From Eledone cirrhosa (lineage: Eukaryota), in the NCBI GenBank assembly GCA_964016885.1, contig OZ024740.1, forward strand, positions 299,460,001 through 299,524,000: a stretch of DNA of 64,000 nt, read 5' to 3'. Shown here piece after piece: positions 49,916 to 64,000 of the stretch; the first letter of the stretch is position 1, and each line of letters begins with the position of its first letter. The translations under genes and the position numbers were made by a program. The notes under the pieces are model-generated. The model did no database searches. It worked only from the letters and a program-made list of their open reading frames with translations, and was not told where the DNA came from.

Positions 49916-52900
49916 TTTCTTAAGAAGCATCAGGGAAATAAATTCTTGAAATATATGTTACTATTTTCAAATATTGACACTATTAGATTAACTTCATTTA
50001 AATTTTGGGGATTATACATTTAAATCTTTTACACCATGGGCTCATATAGAATAAAATATATATTTCAAATATAATTCTGAAATATAGATTTTTACGCTTA
50101 TATTATTCACAGAAGACAGTAGAAACATATTTTCCTGATCAATTCTCTTTTTGTTTCCAATCGAAAGTTCATTTCATTTTGAAAATAATGTTATTTATCT
50201 TTTCTATTTTTTTATAATTCATTACAGATCATTCTTCGATTATTGATTTTCAATTAATTTTCGATTAAAACCATACATTTTTATCGTAGGATTAATCGCT
50301 GCACATATAATAACCTCAATCAAATGAAACAGATAAATATGATTTTAATAATTTCAACTCTGAATTTATGATGAGACATGCGTTATCATTTATTTCCGGT
50401 GGACTTCAAACTCTTGACAAGCATTAATATAATTAATGACTATATCAAAAGATTGAGGTTATTTATGCTTGTTTTCATTTCTGTTTAATAATGTAACATT
50501 GTATCAGACAACTCTAAGTGGTTAGTTATGTGAAAGAATCAATTAACAAAATTTTGCTATTGTTAAAAATCCATTTCGGCTGATTAAGCAAAATGATTTA
50601 ATGAAGAAGGATAAAACTATGCTATCATTTAGAACTCTTCGGAAACAATAGCTTAAAGATTTTCAAAATTATATTCAAGCATCTGTCATGTTAGGCACAT
50701 TTCACACTTTTGAGGTGGCTACATTTCCTTCCTTATAAAGACAACAACAAAGAACTGCAAGGCAACTTCCCATTTTACTATAAAGTTTATATTTATATAA
50801 ATAGAATAATACGAATTACTTTATTCAGCAGAGCAAAATGATAATAGCTGAGGATTTATTTTTTTTATTGCACTGAAACAGAAGGAGAATCGAATGGAGA
50901 CGTAAATAACGAAAATTCTAAGAATACTGTACTTTCACGATTCACGTCTTATTTACTTGGAAGAAGTCCCAAATAATGAAGTTCCAATCAATTAATTTAG
51001 TTTATTGTCTTTGTCTCATATATAGATTCAACAGAAATTCAACTGTACTTAAACAAATATATGTTTTTAACATGGAGATAAAATTCGTACATAAATTTTA
51101 AATTAAAAGTTTTAATAATCTGTCATTTGGAATAAGGGCCATTATCTTTAATTGAATTAATATTAGTTCTAATTAATAAATGCCCCGTCAGTATGCGTGT
51201 CTTAGCATATTGGGTGGCACGCTTAATCCATCACCTTGCGTTAAACTGAGTTCCTATGTTGCAAGCCTTCAAATCAAATCCTGGTTTCCTTTACACACAC
51301 TTTATATATGTAGACATTTACCTTCAGTTTTTCAAGCTAGTCAGTGACTACATTACTTTCCCTAATATGAGAAGATATGCAAATTTGGTCAGTATTGCCT
51401 CTCTAGCTCTGAGTAAATTATAACGTCTAAGTAATCAATAAGTTTATTACTACAAAAAAGCCCAGAAAATATCTATCACCAAGAACAAGCTAATTAAACG
51501 TGTAATTTATGCAAAGATTGGTAAATACAATCGAATCGTTTGAAAACAGATTCCACCAACTGACCGTCAAATCTATTTATCTCAGTATATTTCTTTTGCA
51601 TATATCACGTTACATTACAACGTATTTTTATCAGTGACATTTTATAAACAGCCGTTAGCTTCTAGTGCCCAAACATTATAGCATTGCTCATCGAAACAAT
51701 GGCATATAAATCACAATAAGAGAAAGCTAAAAGGCTGCCGGAAATTCACACAAAAGAAATAATATTTTACTGTCATTCAGTGAGAAAAACAAATTATTTT
51801 CTTCTGTGGTGTTGTAGTTACGTTTTTATTATTTCCATTTCTTTAGGTCTGAACTAGATAGGGGTTCAACATATGCTAAGAAAATTCACCAACCAGAATA
51901 ACTTGCTTCCGGAATTTGAAAAATGGTTTAATATAACAGCTATACACACCTTTTCAATAGACGTTTTATTTTTCGTTTGCTGGAATCACTTTCACAATAT
52001 ATTTAGAGATGTTTACACAAATATTTCAGCTAGGGTATCATATATTGTTCGCAAGACACCCTACTAATCATACCTCTTAGTAATTAGATTTAATTTCCGT
52101 TAGTTGTAATTCCCATATACGCGAAATATTGAAAACTTGAACTTGTTTTCACCATCTTGAAGGAAACAATTATGACACCGTTGCTGCTGCTTCTGCGGAT
52201 GATGATGATGATGATGATGATAATGATGATGATCATGCGACCACTAATACTGCTAGCCTTTTTATCAATTCATATAAATGTGGTTGTTTTCTTTTTATTG
52301 TTCCTTTATTGATTCTTCATTACCATATTATTGTTGTCTCTTAGCTTCTCGGTGTAACCGCAGTAAGAAACATATATAAAAACGGCCATGCTGTTGCCAT
52401 TTTCAAACAGATGTATCTAGAAAAATATGATTGAATGGTTTTTACATTTTTAAAATTGAGGAAATTATGGCTACTATTTTCCGTAGGTCCTCGAATTGTG
52501 TAAAATAATGTCCGGACATCCAGAATGTTATTTGCCTAAACATCCCATAATGAAAGAAAAATAACATTCCACCATAATATAAATGTCAATTTTAGTTTCT
52601 TCTTCATTTTAAATAGACCATCATGAATTGTGCATGTTTATATTTTACATAAAATACATACTGACAGACATCCTCTTTGGCGTACCACCTAAAAGTCTTT
52701 TTCAAGAGATTAGCATGAATGCAGTCGTGGTATCGAGGTTTCTTCAGATTTCAAATGCCTGTGTGTTATGTCTGAAAAGCTATTCCACTTGAACATCAGT
52801 AAATGTTCAGTTTTAGTATTGTGTTGTAGTTTTAGTATTGTGTTGTAACTTGATATAATAGATAGAGGAAGTGCTAGTAGCTTTTCAAGTCCTTTTCGAC

Positions 52901-54172
52901 AGACTCATTAGATTATTATGGTTTTCGTTCATATTCTTACTCTGCTGGTGGTTGCTTTAATGAAAAACGTTTTTGGAAAGATGCGATGTAGTTTGTAGGA
53001 CAATGTGTTGCGGAAAATGCTTAGTGCAGTGCCTCAATGCTGTGACTTAATACGAGTGGCTGTGTAGAGTGTATAACATCAATAGTACTTGGGAAGCATC
53101 TAATTAGATGCAATTAATCAATGATTCCCAATAACAAAATAGCCAGTGACTTACAGAATATATGTTTAATTTTATTGAATTCGGAATGTTTGATCTCTAG
53201 GAACGACTTTAATTCGTTGTTATATTTGAGAGGTTTGCTTACAGATTTAAATATAATACTATAACGAATCTGTCTGATCCCTGTTTCTTCATTTACTGAT
53301 GTTATGCTCGAGTTCTTACCATCCAGATCAATACACCTTAATAAATTACCATCATTACCGGAGGTCATGTAAATCATATCTTACAATATTACAATATTAT
53401 ATAAGATACATAGTGTAGTCAGAGACACTTTGCTTCAGTTATTACACATTAACTATTCGTCTGCTTCACTAGTATCAATTGGAGTTAAACAGTAACAACT
53501 ACAACGATAACAAGAAACATCACTCGCTCTCAAATCTCTCGAGGTAATGATAAAACATTATTATGAGGCAACAATAAAACAATCAAAGGGAGGCAAAATA
53601 CAGGAAAATACAAACCAAATTGAATTTAATAAAAAATAAGGTTAAAATTATTAAAATGTTAAAGAAAATAAAATCGAATTGAGAAGCCAAAGTTTAACTC
53701 GAGGCACATTCCTTATTTTTTATAATATTCCAAACATGAAAGGAAATGAAGAAACTTAATACAGCAGTATTGGTTGTGCAATACATTAGAGAACTGGCAG
53801 CATATTTTGTATCATTGTAATTTCATATTGTTTGTAGCTAACGTTGCATAGTACAGAAACAGATTCAAATCATTCCGAAAATTCTTTAGGCATTTCAGCA
53901 TGGATTTCAATCACGACATAAAACCTCAGAAATATTTAAAAGTTTGTTTTCGAAAAATTCTTGAACTTTTAACTGTATCTGTGGAAATAGCCACTTTTAT
54001 ATTACTGATGACTTTGCATTTCATTACACTTGAGTTGGTTTCAGAGACGTTTTGTAATAATTATTAGATTTACTTTTCAACTGACAACTCAGAATGAAAA
54101 ATTCTTAACAAGATTGTCTGCATTCAAATGAATTTCGAAATAGTATATTTGTCAGATTATGTATGTATATAT

Positions 54173-54485
<313 letters not shown>

Positions 54486-54504
54486 CCTCTCTCTCTCTCT
54501 CTCA

Positions 54505-54569
<65 letters not shown>

Positions 54570-54595
54570 CACGCACACATACACACACACACGCC

Positions 54596-54631
<36 letters not shown>

Positions 54632-54858
54632 ACACACACGCATATATATCTATATAACTGTTTCTACTTTAGGCACAAGGCCAGCAATTACACAGTGCAT
54701 TACTGTATATAGCGTTGAAAAAGATAGAAGGCAAAACAATGCAAAATGGATTGTAAAATGAGGTAACGGAAAGTAAAGGTTACTGGTAATCTTTGTTTTG
54801 CTATGTTGTTGTTGGTATTCTTTTATCTGTTCAACACATATGTAGACACACACACACA

Positions 54859-54966
<108 letters not shown>

Positions 54967-55238
54967 AATATATATATGTATATATATATATATATATGTG
55001 TCTAATGGTAGCTAAGATGCTTCCATGGGCGGTATGCCGGTTGAGCACTCTTGAGAAAGAGGATATGATCCGAAATTAATAGACGTGTCGGAAGAACATG
55101 CGAGCCTATCGTCAGGTAGATCCACACATGGATCGCACCTCAAGCTGTTCGCCGGGGAAACAATTGTAACACACAATAACTTGAGTTCCGATGCATCACT
55201 GATTTTTCGTTTTCCACTCTCTCTCACTCTCTCTCTCA

Positions 55239-55934
<696 letters not shown>

Positions 55935-56215
55935 ATATACGCACACATATATATATAGATGTGTGTGTGTGTGTGTTTTTTTTATATATATATATATCTG
56001 AGTATAAAGGTTTATTTAAATTTTTTATGAATACTCAATATGATCTCCTTTGGAGACACGGCATACAACTACACGATAGACACACTCAGCCCATACTCAA
56101 GTGAATATGTCTGGAGAGAGAGAGAGGGTCTGCGGTGCGATGACCGGGGAGATGCAGAGTGGGTATAGAGAGATGTTAAATTCCGACCGTTTCGCACCGC
56201 TGTCGGGATTTTGCA

Positions 56216-56289
<74 letters not shown>

Positions 56290-56295
<6 letters not shown>

Positions 56296-57361
56296 TATAT
56301 TTAGAGTTATAAACTCAAACAGTCCTTTACAATTAAAGAAAGAAGCATTTCTGAGCCGTGAAATACAAGTTAATATAAATTAATATATGATAAACACATA
56401 AGTGTTTGTATTGTAAAGACCAAGTTAGCTAGAATGAAATAAACTAATTCAAATAAATATTGTTTGCCTGTCTCGATTTAAAATAATAAATCAATAAAAA
56501 CAAATCCATATTGGCAATAACCATGATACCTGGACAAATTTAAATTTCAAAATCCAAACCTGTTCCGCAGACAAATTTGAATTTCAAAACCCAAATAAGT
56601 TTCGCAACGATAGTATAAAAAATGAAAGATTCCATTTTCTGTGTTCATCAACAGGTATCCAGAAAATTAGGATGTTTCACCTCGAAATATTTTTGGAGGT
56701 CTGGTGTACAAGCGCAAACGCACGTAGTTTTCCAGCTCACTAGCTAACCCCATACTCATGGTGCTAGAAATTTCAGCCGTTTATACGGGATTAAAATTTA
56801 GCTCAACAAAAGGAGCCGTAATATTATATTATATTCAGCATAGTTACGTCCCTTTATGGTCTGAGATCAAATCCCACCGAGGTTCACTTTGCCTTTCATC
56901 CTTACGGGGTCGATAAAATAAAGTACCAGTAATACACTGGGATAATTGCTGGCCTTGTGCCAAAAGTAGAAATAATATTATATTATATTTAGAGTCATAA
57001 ACTCAAACAGTCCTTTACAATTAATTAGCTCAAAGAAAGAAGCATTTCTGAGCCGTGAAATACACGGTTATTGCCAATATGGGTTTGTTTTTATTGATTT
57101 ATTATTTTAAATCGAGACAGGCAAACTATATTTATTTGAATTAGTTTATTTCATTCTAGCTAACTTGGTCTTTACAATACAAACACTTATGTGTTTATCA
57201 TATATTAATTTATATTAACTTGTATTTCACGGCTCAGAAATGCTTCTTTCTTTGAGCTAATTAATTGTAAAGGACTGTTTGAGTTTATAACTCTAAATAT
57301 AATATAATAATGTAACAATACAAACACTTATGTGTTTATCATATATTAATTTATATTAACT

Positions 57362-57362
<1 letters not shown>
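56290..57362. repeat. Complex inverted/direct duplication enclosing a SINE (56840-56975)
   Basis: 56290-56522 is inverted at ~57066-57310. Partial direct copy at ~56978-57063. Confidence 0.75.
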
Positions 57363-57434
<72 letters not shown>

Positions 57435-57441
<7 letters not shown>

Positions 57442-58774
57442 GATCCGTAAGCATGGTATAAATTTCCAATCATTTTAATCACGGCATATGTTTCAATAAG
57501 AGATAGATCGATCGTGTAGCCATGATCGATTATCACTGATCTCGTCAGGTGAAAAGGAATTGTCCTCAAATCCTTGATATGAGGGAGAAAATTAACGGTG
57601 GTCATTCACAGAGTTTAGTCCCTCATATGAAGATGAAGCAGTCAGAACACGGCGACTGCTATCGTCCTCAGTTAGGGTCATAAAACTATCAAGTCTCCCA
57701 GTAGCTGTAAAAGACGCTGGACATCAATCAAATCTGTAGAATTACAGTCCGTCACAGTTAATGTGAGTGAGTACACACACACTCACACATAGATGACGCG
57801 AGGTCAAAGAAAAAAAATACATATACACACACCAACACAGCATCAAATCTGTAGAACTATAGACGGTCACAGTTAGTGTGAGTGAGTACACACACACACT
57901 CACACACACCGAAACGAGGTTAAAGAAAAAATAAAAATACAAATATACCAACAAAGTATTCACCGAAAGTTAGTTTACAAAACAACAAATATTATATTGG
58001 TCAAATCTCAATTTGACGATGTAAATTGAAAAAATTGGGTCAACCGCAACACTATACACAAGCAAGTACGTTCAGTTCAATGATTTGCTATACGTGTATA
58101 GATTGAATTGTAACATCCGTATCTCCAAATAGTGTATGTTATGGTACATACATCCGTATCGTCCAAAAGAATTGGAAAAATTGGGTCAACCGCAACCCTA
58201 TACACACGCAAGTAAGTTCAATTCAGTGTTCTGCTATACGTGTATAGATTGAATTGTAACATCCGTATCTCCAAATAATGTATCTTATGGTATATACACA
58301 TTCGTATCGCCCAATATAACATTTGTTGTTTTGTAAACTAACTTTCGGTGAATACTATGTAGGTTTATTTGTATTTGTATTTTTCTTTTTTCTTTAACCT
58401 CGTGTCGGTGTGTGTGAGTGTGTGTGTGTACTCACTCACACTAACTGTGACCGTCTGCTTGATCTTCATATGAGGGACTAAACTCTGTGAATGAACACCG
58501 TTAATTTTCTCCCTCATATCAAGGATTTGAAGACAATTCCTTTTCACCTGACGAGACCAGTGATAATCGATCTTTCTCTTATTGAAACATGTCTCGTGAT
58601 TAAAATGATTGGAAATTTATACCATGCCTTCGGATCTTTATTTTGATACAAATACCCCGTTTTACATACCTAGGTGTTCCCATAAATGGAATTGGAGATA
58701 TACAAAAGCGTGGAGAACTAAATATTGCTAACAAAAATGTTATTGGACTGTTTGACACAACCAATAATACACCT

Positions 58775-58777
<3 letters not shown>
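57435..58777 (+). mobile_element. ~1.2-kb imperfect fold-back element with a degenerate hammerhead and tail
   Basis: 57435-57640 is inverted at 58457-58642, and ~57860-57995 at ~58320-58455. CAC-CUGACGA..GAAACAUGUC..GUG at 58545-58598. Confidence 0.65.
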
Positions 58778-58856
<79 letters not shown>

Positions 58857-60045
58857 GATAACAAGTTATCGTTATAGGTAATCCAGTTAGAGGATGTGAG
58901 TACTCAGCGTCGTGGATAGTTATAACGTACGGCTTTGTTTGACTCAACAAGATGCTTCCATAGTTATGCAGCGAGTTCGCGGTAATTCCTATGCAGGTTA
59001 TACGTAGATGGTGAAAGAAATGTTCAGAGATTTATGATCCAGAGATAAAAGATTAGCTGGTCAAATTTATCGGTAGCGAGAGCCTACAGCAACGGAATGT
59101 TCCACTGCGGACGTTGTAATTTAGAACTACTCCATATTTTAAGGTACGATGGGATGCTGCTTAACACCAAAATAGAAACATCAATTTTCTGTAGGCATAA
59201 AATAGTTACCAGATTCACAAACTTCAAACCACCATGATTTGAACCAGCAATCCCAAAATTAGAAATGAACCACCTAGATAATAGCATATACGAATACAAA
59301 CCATCGCATTGCTATTAGGTGTCAAACGGCCAACTGGTCACTGGATCATAAATCTCTGAACATCTCTTTCACCCTCTCTCCCTGAAACTGCATCAACCCC
59401 ATTAAGATAGAACAATCAGCAAAACATTTACAACAAACGTTTGTCAAACGTCCCTTCATCCCTAGCCCGTAAATCTCATACATGTATCCCCCAATTAATC
59501 TCTAATTTATTGCTTTTTCTTTTTTTCTTTTATATGTCACTTCATCAGACACTCTACACGTATCTATGTATATCTCGAAGCTGGTTTTTTCATGTTAGCA
59601 CTAAACCCACGCAGAAATCCTTATAAGAATACTTACTCACCACTACTACAAACATATTCTGTACTGACATGCCTTCACTTATCCTTATTTATTTCTTTAT
59701 ATTTTCCATTTTCGCATTTTCTTACTTTTTTAATGTATCCTATCTTATCTTTTACTTTTAACTTTTTACATCTGTAACTTCTCTACCTATTTACCATATA
59801 TGTTTTATTATTGATGTTATTGTTTTGATTATACGCTATTTTTCTACATATGTCTTGCCTCGAGTGAATTATTTTTATATCTACGTACTCTGATGTGTTG
59901 ACCAGATGTAAATAATATATTGGAGATCGAGTGACGTAACTTCAAGTGGTTAGTGACCTCTAGACTCACCTGATGAACGAAATAATTGTCAGTACTTGAA
60001 ATAAAGCCCCTTATTGTACAGCCAACCATATTACTCTTCATTCTT

Positions 60046-60093
<48 letters not shown>

Positions 60094-60098
<5 letters not shown>

Positions 60099-60933
60099 GT
60101 TTGTATATGTATAATAAAGCCAAAACAATGCAGGTATGGACATAGAATAAAGAATACAAATGCAAAAGATATTGTTGACAATTAGTCTTTTACCTTAGAT
60201 TTATTTAAATGTCCTTAATTTTCGAGATAATATCTCTTCTTCGGGGGGAAGTAAAGAATTCAGGAAGCACTAATTATAGATAAAGCACAACCACCAATCA
60301 ATAATAGACTAGAACTCAACACCCGATTTATAACTTGATAGAGCTTTTAGCCCCACATTTACCCCCCCCCCCCTCCCCCCACACACACGCACGCACGCAC
60401 GCACACACACACACACGCTTACACCTCCACTTATTCTCTCTCACACACACACATACAAAGACCAGTTCTAACACGAGATAATATCTATCCCCCACATTTA
60501 CGTATAGACATATCTTCTCACACTCACACACACACACACACACACTCACATACTTACACCTTCATGCATTCTCCCACACACTTAAACAGGCATGTACAAA
60601 AAAAAACCATTTAAGGAGAGACTACTCTTTATCCACCTAACCTTAACTCTTTGACATTAGAGATAGAACAGATACTCTATACCATTTCCTGTCAGCATGA
60701 CTTTGCATGCTATTTAGAACACTGGTTTAACCGCTTTACTTCCCTCCGAAGAAGAGGTATTATCTCGAAAATAAAGGACATTTAAATAAATCTAAGGTAA
60801 AAGACTAATTGTCAACAATATCTTTTGCATTTGCATTCTTTATTCTATGTCCATACCTGCATTGTTTTGGCTTTATTATACATATACAAACGTTTATACC
60901 TCATTACACAATGCTTCAAGTGAACTCTAACCT

Positions 60934-60935
<2 letters not shown>
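60094..60935 (+). mobile_element. Fold-back element with ~163-bp arms and a core-mutated hammerhead
   Basis: 60094-60256 is the reverse complement of 60734-60898. CCU-CCGAAGA-A-GAGRUAUUAUCUC-GAAAAUWA-AGG. Confidence 0.65.
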
Positions 60936-61026
<91 letters not shown>

Positions 61027-61030
<4 letters not shown>

Positions 61031-61330
61031 ATAACGAGGAATCAGTAATGCACCAAAACACAATTTATTAACATATTACATGTTTCTCCGTCGACTCTGC
61101 ATTCGCAAATTCCTCAGATATCTGAGGAACTTACGGATGCAGAATCGGGTTCGATCTATAACAGACTCTGCCTTGAGATGATCGACGGAGAATCATATAT
61201 TATATGTTAATAAATTGTTTTGATACATTATTGATTCCTCGTCACCTATAATAATATACTCTGCTCTGCGAGAGCATCGGGTGCTCAAACGGCACACCAC
61301 CCATGGACGCATTTAATTGCAACTATACAA
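61027..61330 (+). mobile_element. Diverged fold-back element with a hammerhead-like motif
   Basis: 61027-61093 is inverted at ~61182-61250. Centre TCCTCAGATATCTGAGGA. Minus strand AUAU-CUGAGGA..GAAACAUGUA-AUAU. Confidence 0.55.
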
Positions 61331-62208
61331 CTATATATATGTATATATATATATATATATATAGTTAAATCTTAGACAGGAACAAAAACAGAGAAGTATA
61401 TATATATATATATGTATACCTATATAAATATATATGTTTGGCGTGAATTCCTTTGTTTGACTTCAACCGCGAAACCACATGTCTTAGTCTACGATAGATT
61501 ACTTCCCCTTTTACAGGCTGCATGTAAGAATGGCAAGAACTACTGGATTCCTTGTCCAGTGGTAACGACTATCACACAATATATGGACCTATCTTATGAC
61601 TTGGGCCACCTACTGATGTGTGTAAAAGCTCGATTGCGTAAATATCTGCTGATATTACGTGATTTTCTGAACATCGAGGATCTAATATCTGCATTTGTGA
61701 AGATATGTTGCACAGAAACGATATCGTCCAGGAGTTGAGGATTTTAGCTTTCTCTCTACCAAAACACAGCCACTGTATCTGCTATCAACTAAATATGTGC
61801 ACTCTGAACAGCTGGTTAAAACTGCATTAATGCAATATGGCAGATTCATTGAGGGAGCTAGACGGCGTCCGGAGACCGTTGACTTAATACTAGCAATCTT
61901 CGTTAATTTTATATAATATATATATATATATAGGAATGTGCTGTCTTACAGAGTTTGGCCTGGAAAATCGTTGGACATTATGTTGACTCCTGTAGTTGTG
62001 CACCAATATTAATAAGAATTTACATATGATCATGACTATTAATACAATCTGTGTAATATCAGTTAATTTGCAAGTAGCATTTACAAGGCCCACGGACGTT
62101 TTTCGTGTATTGTAATAACGAGTCGCTTATAGAAAAGCAGATGAGAGATAGAAATTAACAGAATACAGCAAATTGTTTTCAAAGCGATAGAAAATACGAT
62201 TGATCGAG

Positions 62209-62284
<76 letters not shown>

Positions 62285-63959
62285 ATGTGTGTGTGTGTGT
62301 GTGTGTGTGTCTGTGTGCGTGTCTCTGTGTGTGTGAGTAGAGAGGGAGAGAAAGCGAGGGAGAAATAAATGAAAGGGAAAAAGGAAAAGAGACGAAAGTA
62401 TTTATTAAAATGCATAATAGGGTGCTAGAATCTGTAACAGTGAATCTAAGAAAGTTACAGATTTTCCTCGCATACCATATTGTATGAGATCAAACGTAAA
62501 TTGATAATTATGCAGCAATTATTGGGTTTATTAAGCATTAAGCATAAAATGTCTAAAGGAATTAAAGTCAGGAGTTCGAACGAGATGTAGTAGTAGCATC
62601 TTGAAGAACACCATTCAGTTTGTAAATGGAAATCCGAAGAAAAACAACGCCTAAATTATATAAATAAAAATAACAACAAAACAATATCCACTCCCTAACA
62701 TTTAAGTAACACCGTCCCATCATACTTCATTTCTTCCAATCTCTTTCTACTTTATAGATCTAAGAAGTGGGCAATTAATAATTATAATGAGCTTAATAAT
62801 ACATGAGATGCTATATTTAATGGTGGTCTAAAAGTATTGATAGCTCACAAGGACTGCACAGTCCCACCTGACAATCATAAAACCAAAGATACTTCAAGAA
62901 GAATAATATAAAATTCGTATCTGTAATAGTATTTGAATAAACATCATTGAAATAGTTGCTTATTAGATTGAACTGAAACCAAGTTGACTTCGTTTTCTAT
63001 ATTGTATTTCTCACACATATTAATTTCTCACATGTATTCCTTGCTTTCCTTTCCCATCCTCTTTCTACGCTTAAACTTTATATCTTTCCGCACAATGCTT
63101 CTCCTTTTCTCCCTTCGCCATATTCTGATTTTGGAAAATGAGAGAATGAGAGCTGGAAAGATGGAGGAAAAGAGTTGAGTGAGAGAAAGTGAGAATGAGA
63201 GCGAGTGACGGTGTGTATGTGTGTGTGTGTGTGTATGTTGGGGGGGGGGGGGGAGAGACAGAGAAATAAAGATACACGGGAAGGAGAAAGGCAAAGAAAG
63301 AGACTGGCGTTGATTTCTTTTCTTTATTCGCAATATATAATCCTGTTTCGATTCGTCATTTCCCATTGCCTGTTCTGCTAACGCCCTTAGCAATGACACA
63401 ATAGCCATTATCTGTTGTTTAAAACGGCCAACTTTTTAGGGTTATTTAAGCAATACTGTATATTGTTCTAGCTTCCATAAAATAAAACCCAGCAAGTCGA
63501 GAGAATGATTAATTTTCGATTTTCTGTGTTAACACTTCTCCCCATCTACTTAATTTCTATTACTGCTAATGGCAGTGACCAACCCATTATGTAATGCTCT
63601 CTCTGTGTCGGATTGACAATACCGTGGATAATATTCCTCTATTGCAAGCATCTCACGCTGCTTTCAGTGAATAGTCGGTTGTTGTTGTTCGGCCTAATCG
63701 AGTAGGCGTAGTAACAAAGGCAAAGAACCATGGTGTTCCTGTCATATTTATTTTCCAGAAATAATTTATCCCTGTCCATAAGTTTTTTATTGACACATTA
63801 TAATGTAGTTTCAAATAGATTTGGCTGCTATTTCAAGATACAAAGTGAAGGCTTCCAGAATACTAAGCTGTAAACCGAGGTTGGGTAAATAGTTTCCAGA
63901 ATGTGTGTATATGTGCGAAGTGTGTTTGATTGACGTAACTAAAGGTGTTTATATTTAAT

Positions 63960-64000
63960 AATTGTTTCTACTTTTGGCACAAGGCCAGTAATTACCCAGT
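63960..64000 (-). mobile_element. SINE 3' end (partial, at window edge)
   Basis: AATTGTTTCTACTTTTGGCACAAGGCCAG. Confidence 0.7.

Noticed and set aside
48897-53377. ORFs 48897-49238 and 53114-53377 as host exons
   Set aside because: Short, no recognisable domain, no clear splice context.
59960-60005. CTGATGA-AC-GAAATAATTGTC and a possible Penelope ORF remnant upstream (58856-59990)
   Set aside because: Stem II is absent and no convincing GIY-YIG or RT motifs can be read; too degraded to call.

Overview
Repeat-dense, AT-rich animal genomic DNA. The SINE family, R4/Dong LINEs and (AT)n microsatellites suggest an octopod cephalopod, but that is inference. I recognise no host protein-coding gene. 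Positions 1-25 kb are a stack of non-LTR retrotransposons: three Tx1-type (L1 clade) copies, R4/Dong RT-RLE copies in (TAA)n repeats (a fourth lies at 30.5 kb) and a CRE fragment. Further CRE and RTE remnants lie at 33-50 kb. The most striking content is a non-coding hammerhead-ribozyme (HHR) retroelement system inserted in (AT)n microsatellites. It comprises (i) a nearly homogeneous ~7-copy tandem array of a 468-bp unit (26606-29849), each unit carrying a complete type I HHR, i.e. a retrozyme-like array with a Penelope-type 5' inversion; (ii) an unrelated 485-bp HHR monomer with ~60-bp terminal redundancy (55343-55890); and (iii) about ten fold-back elements from several sequence families, built as inverted arm + HHR or half-HHR + short 3' tail, several tails sharing a TATTGAGTAC-like motif. 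All ribozyme calls are base-pairings read by eye, not computed folds or activity data.
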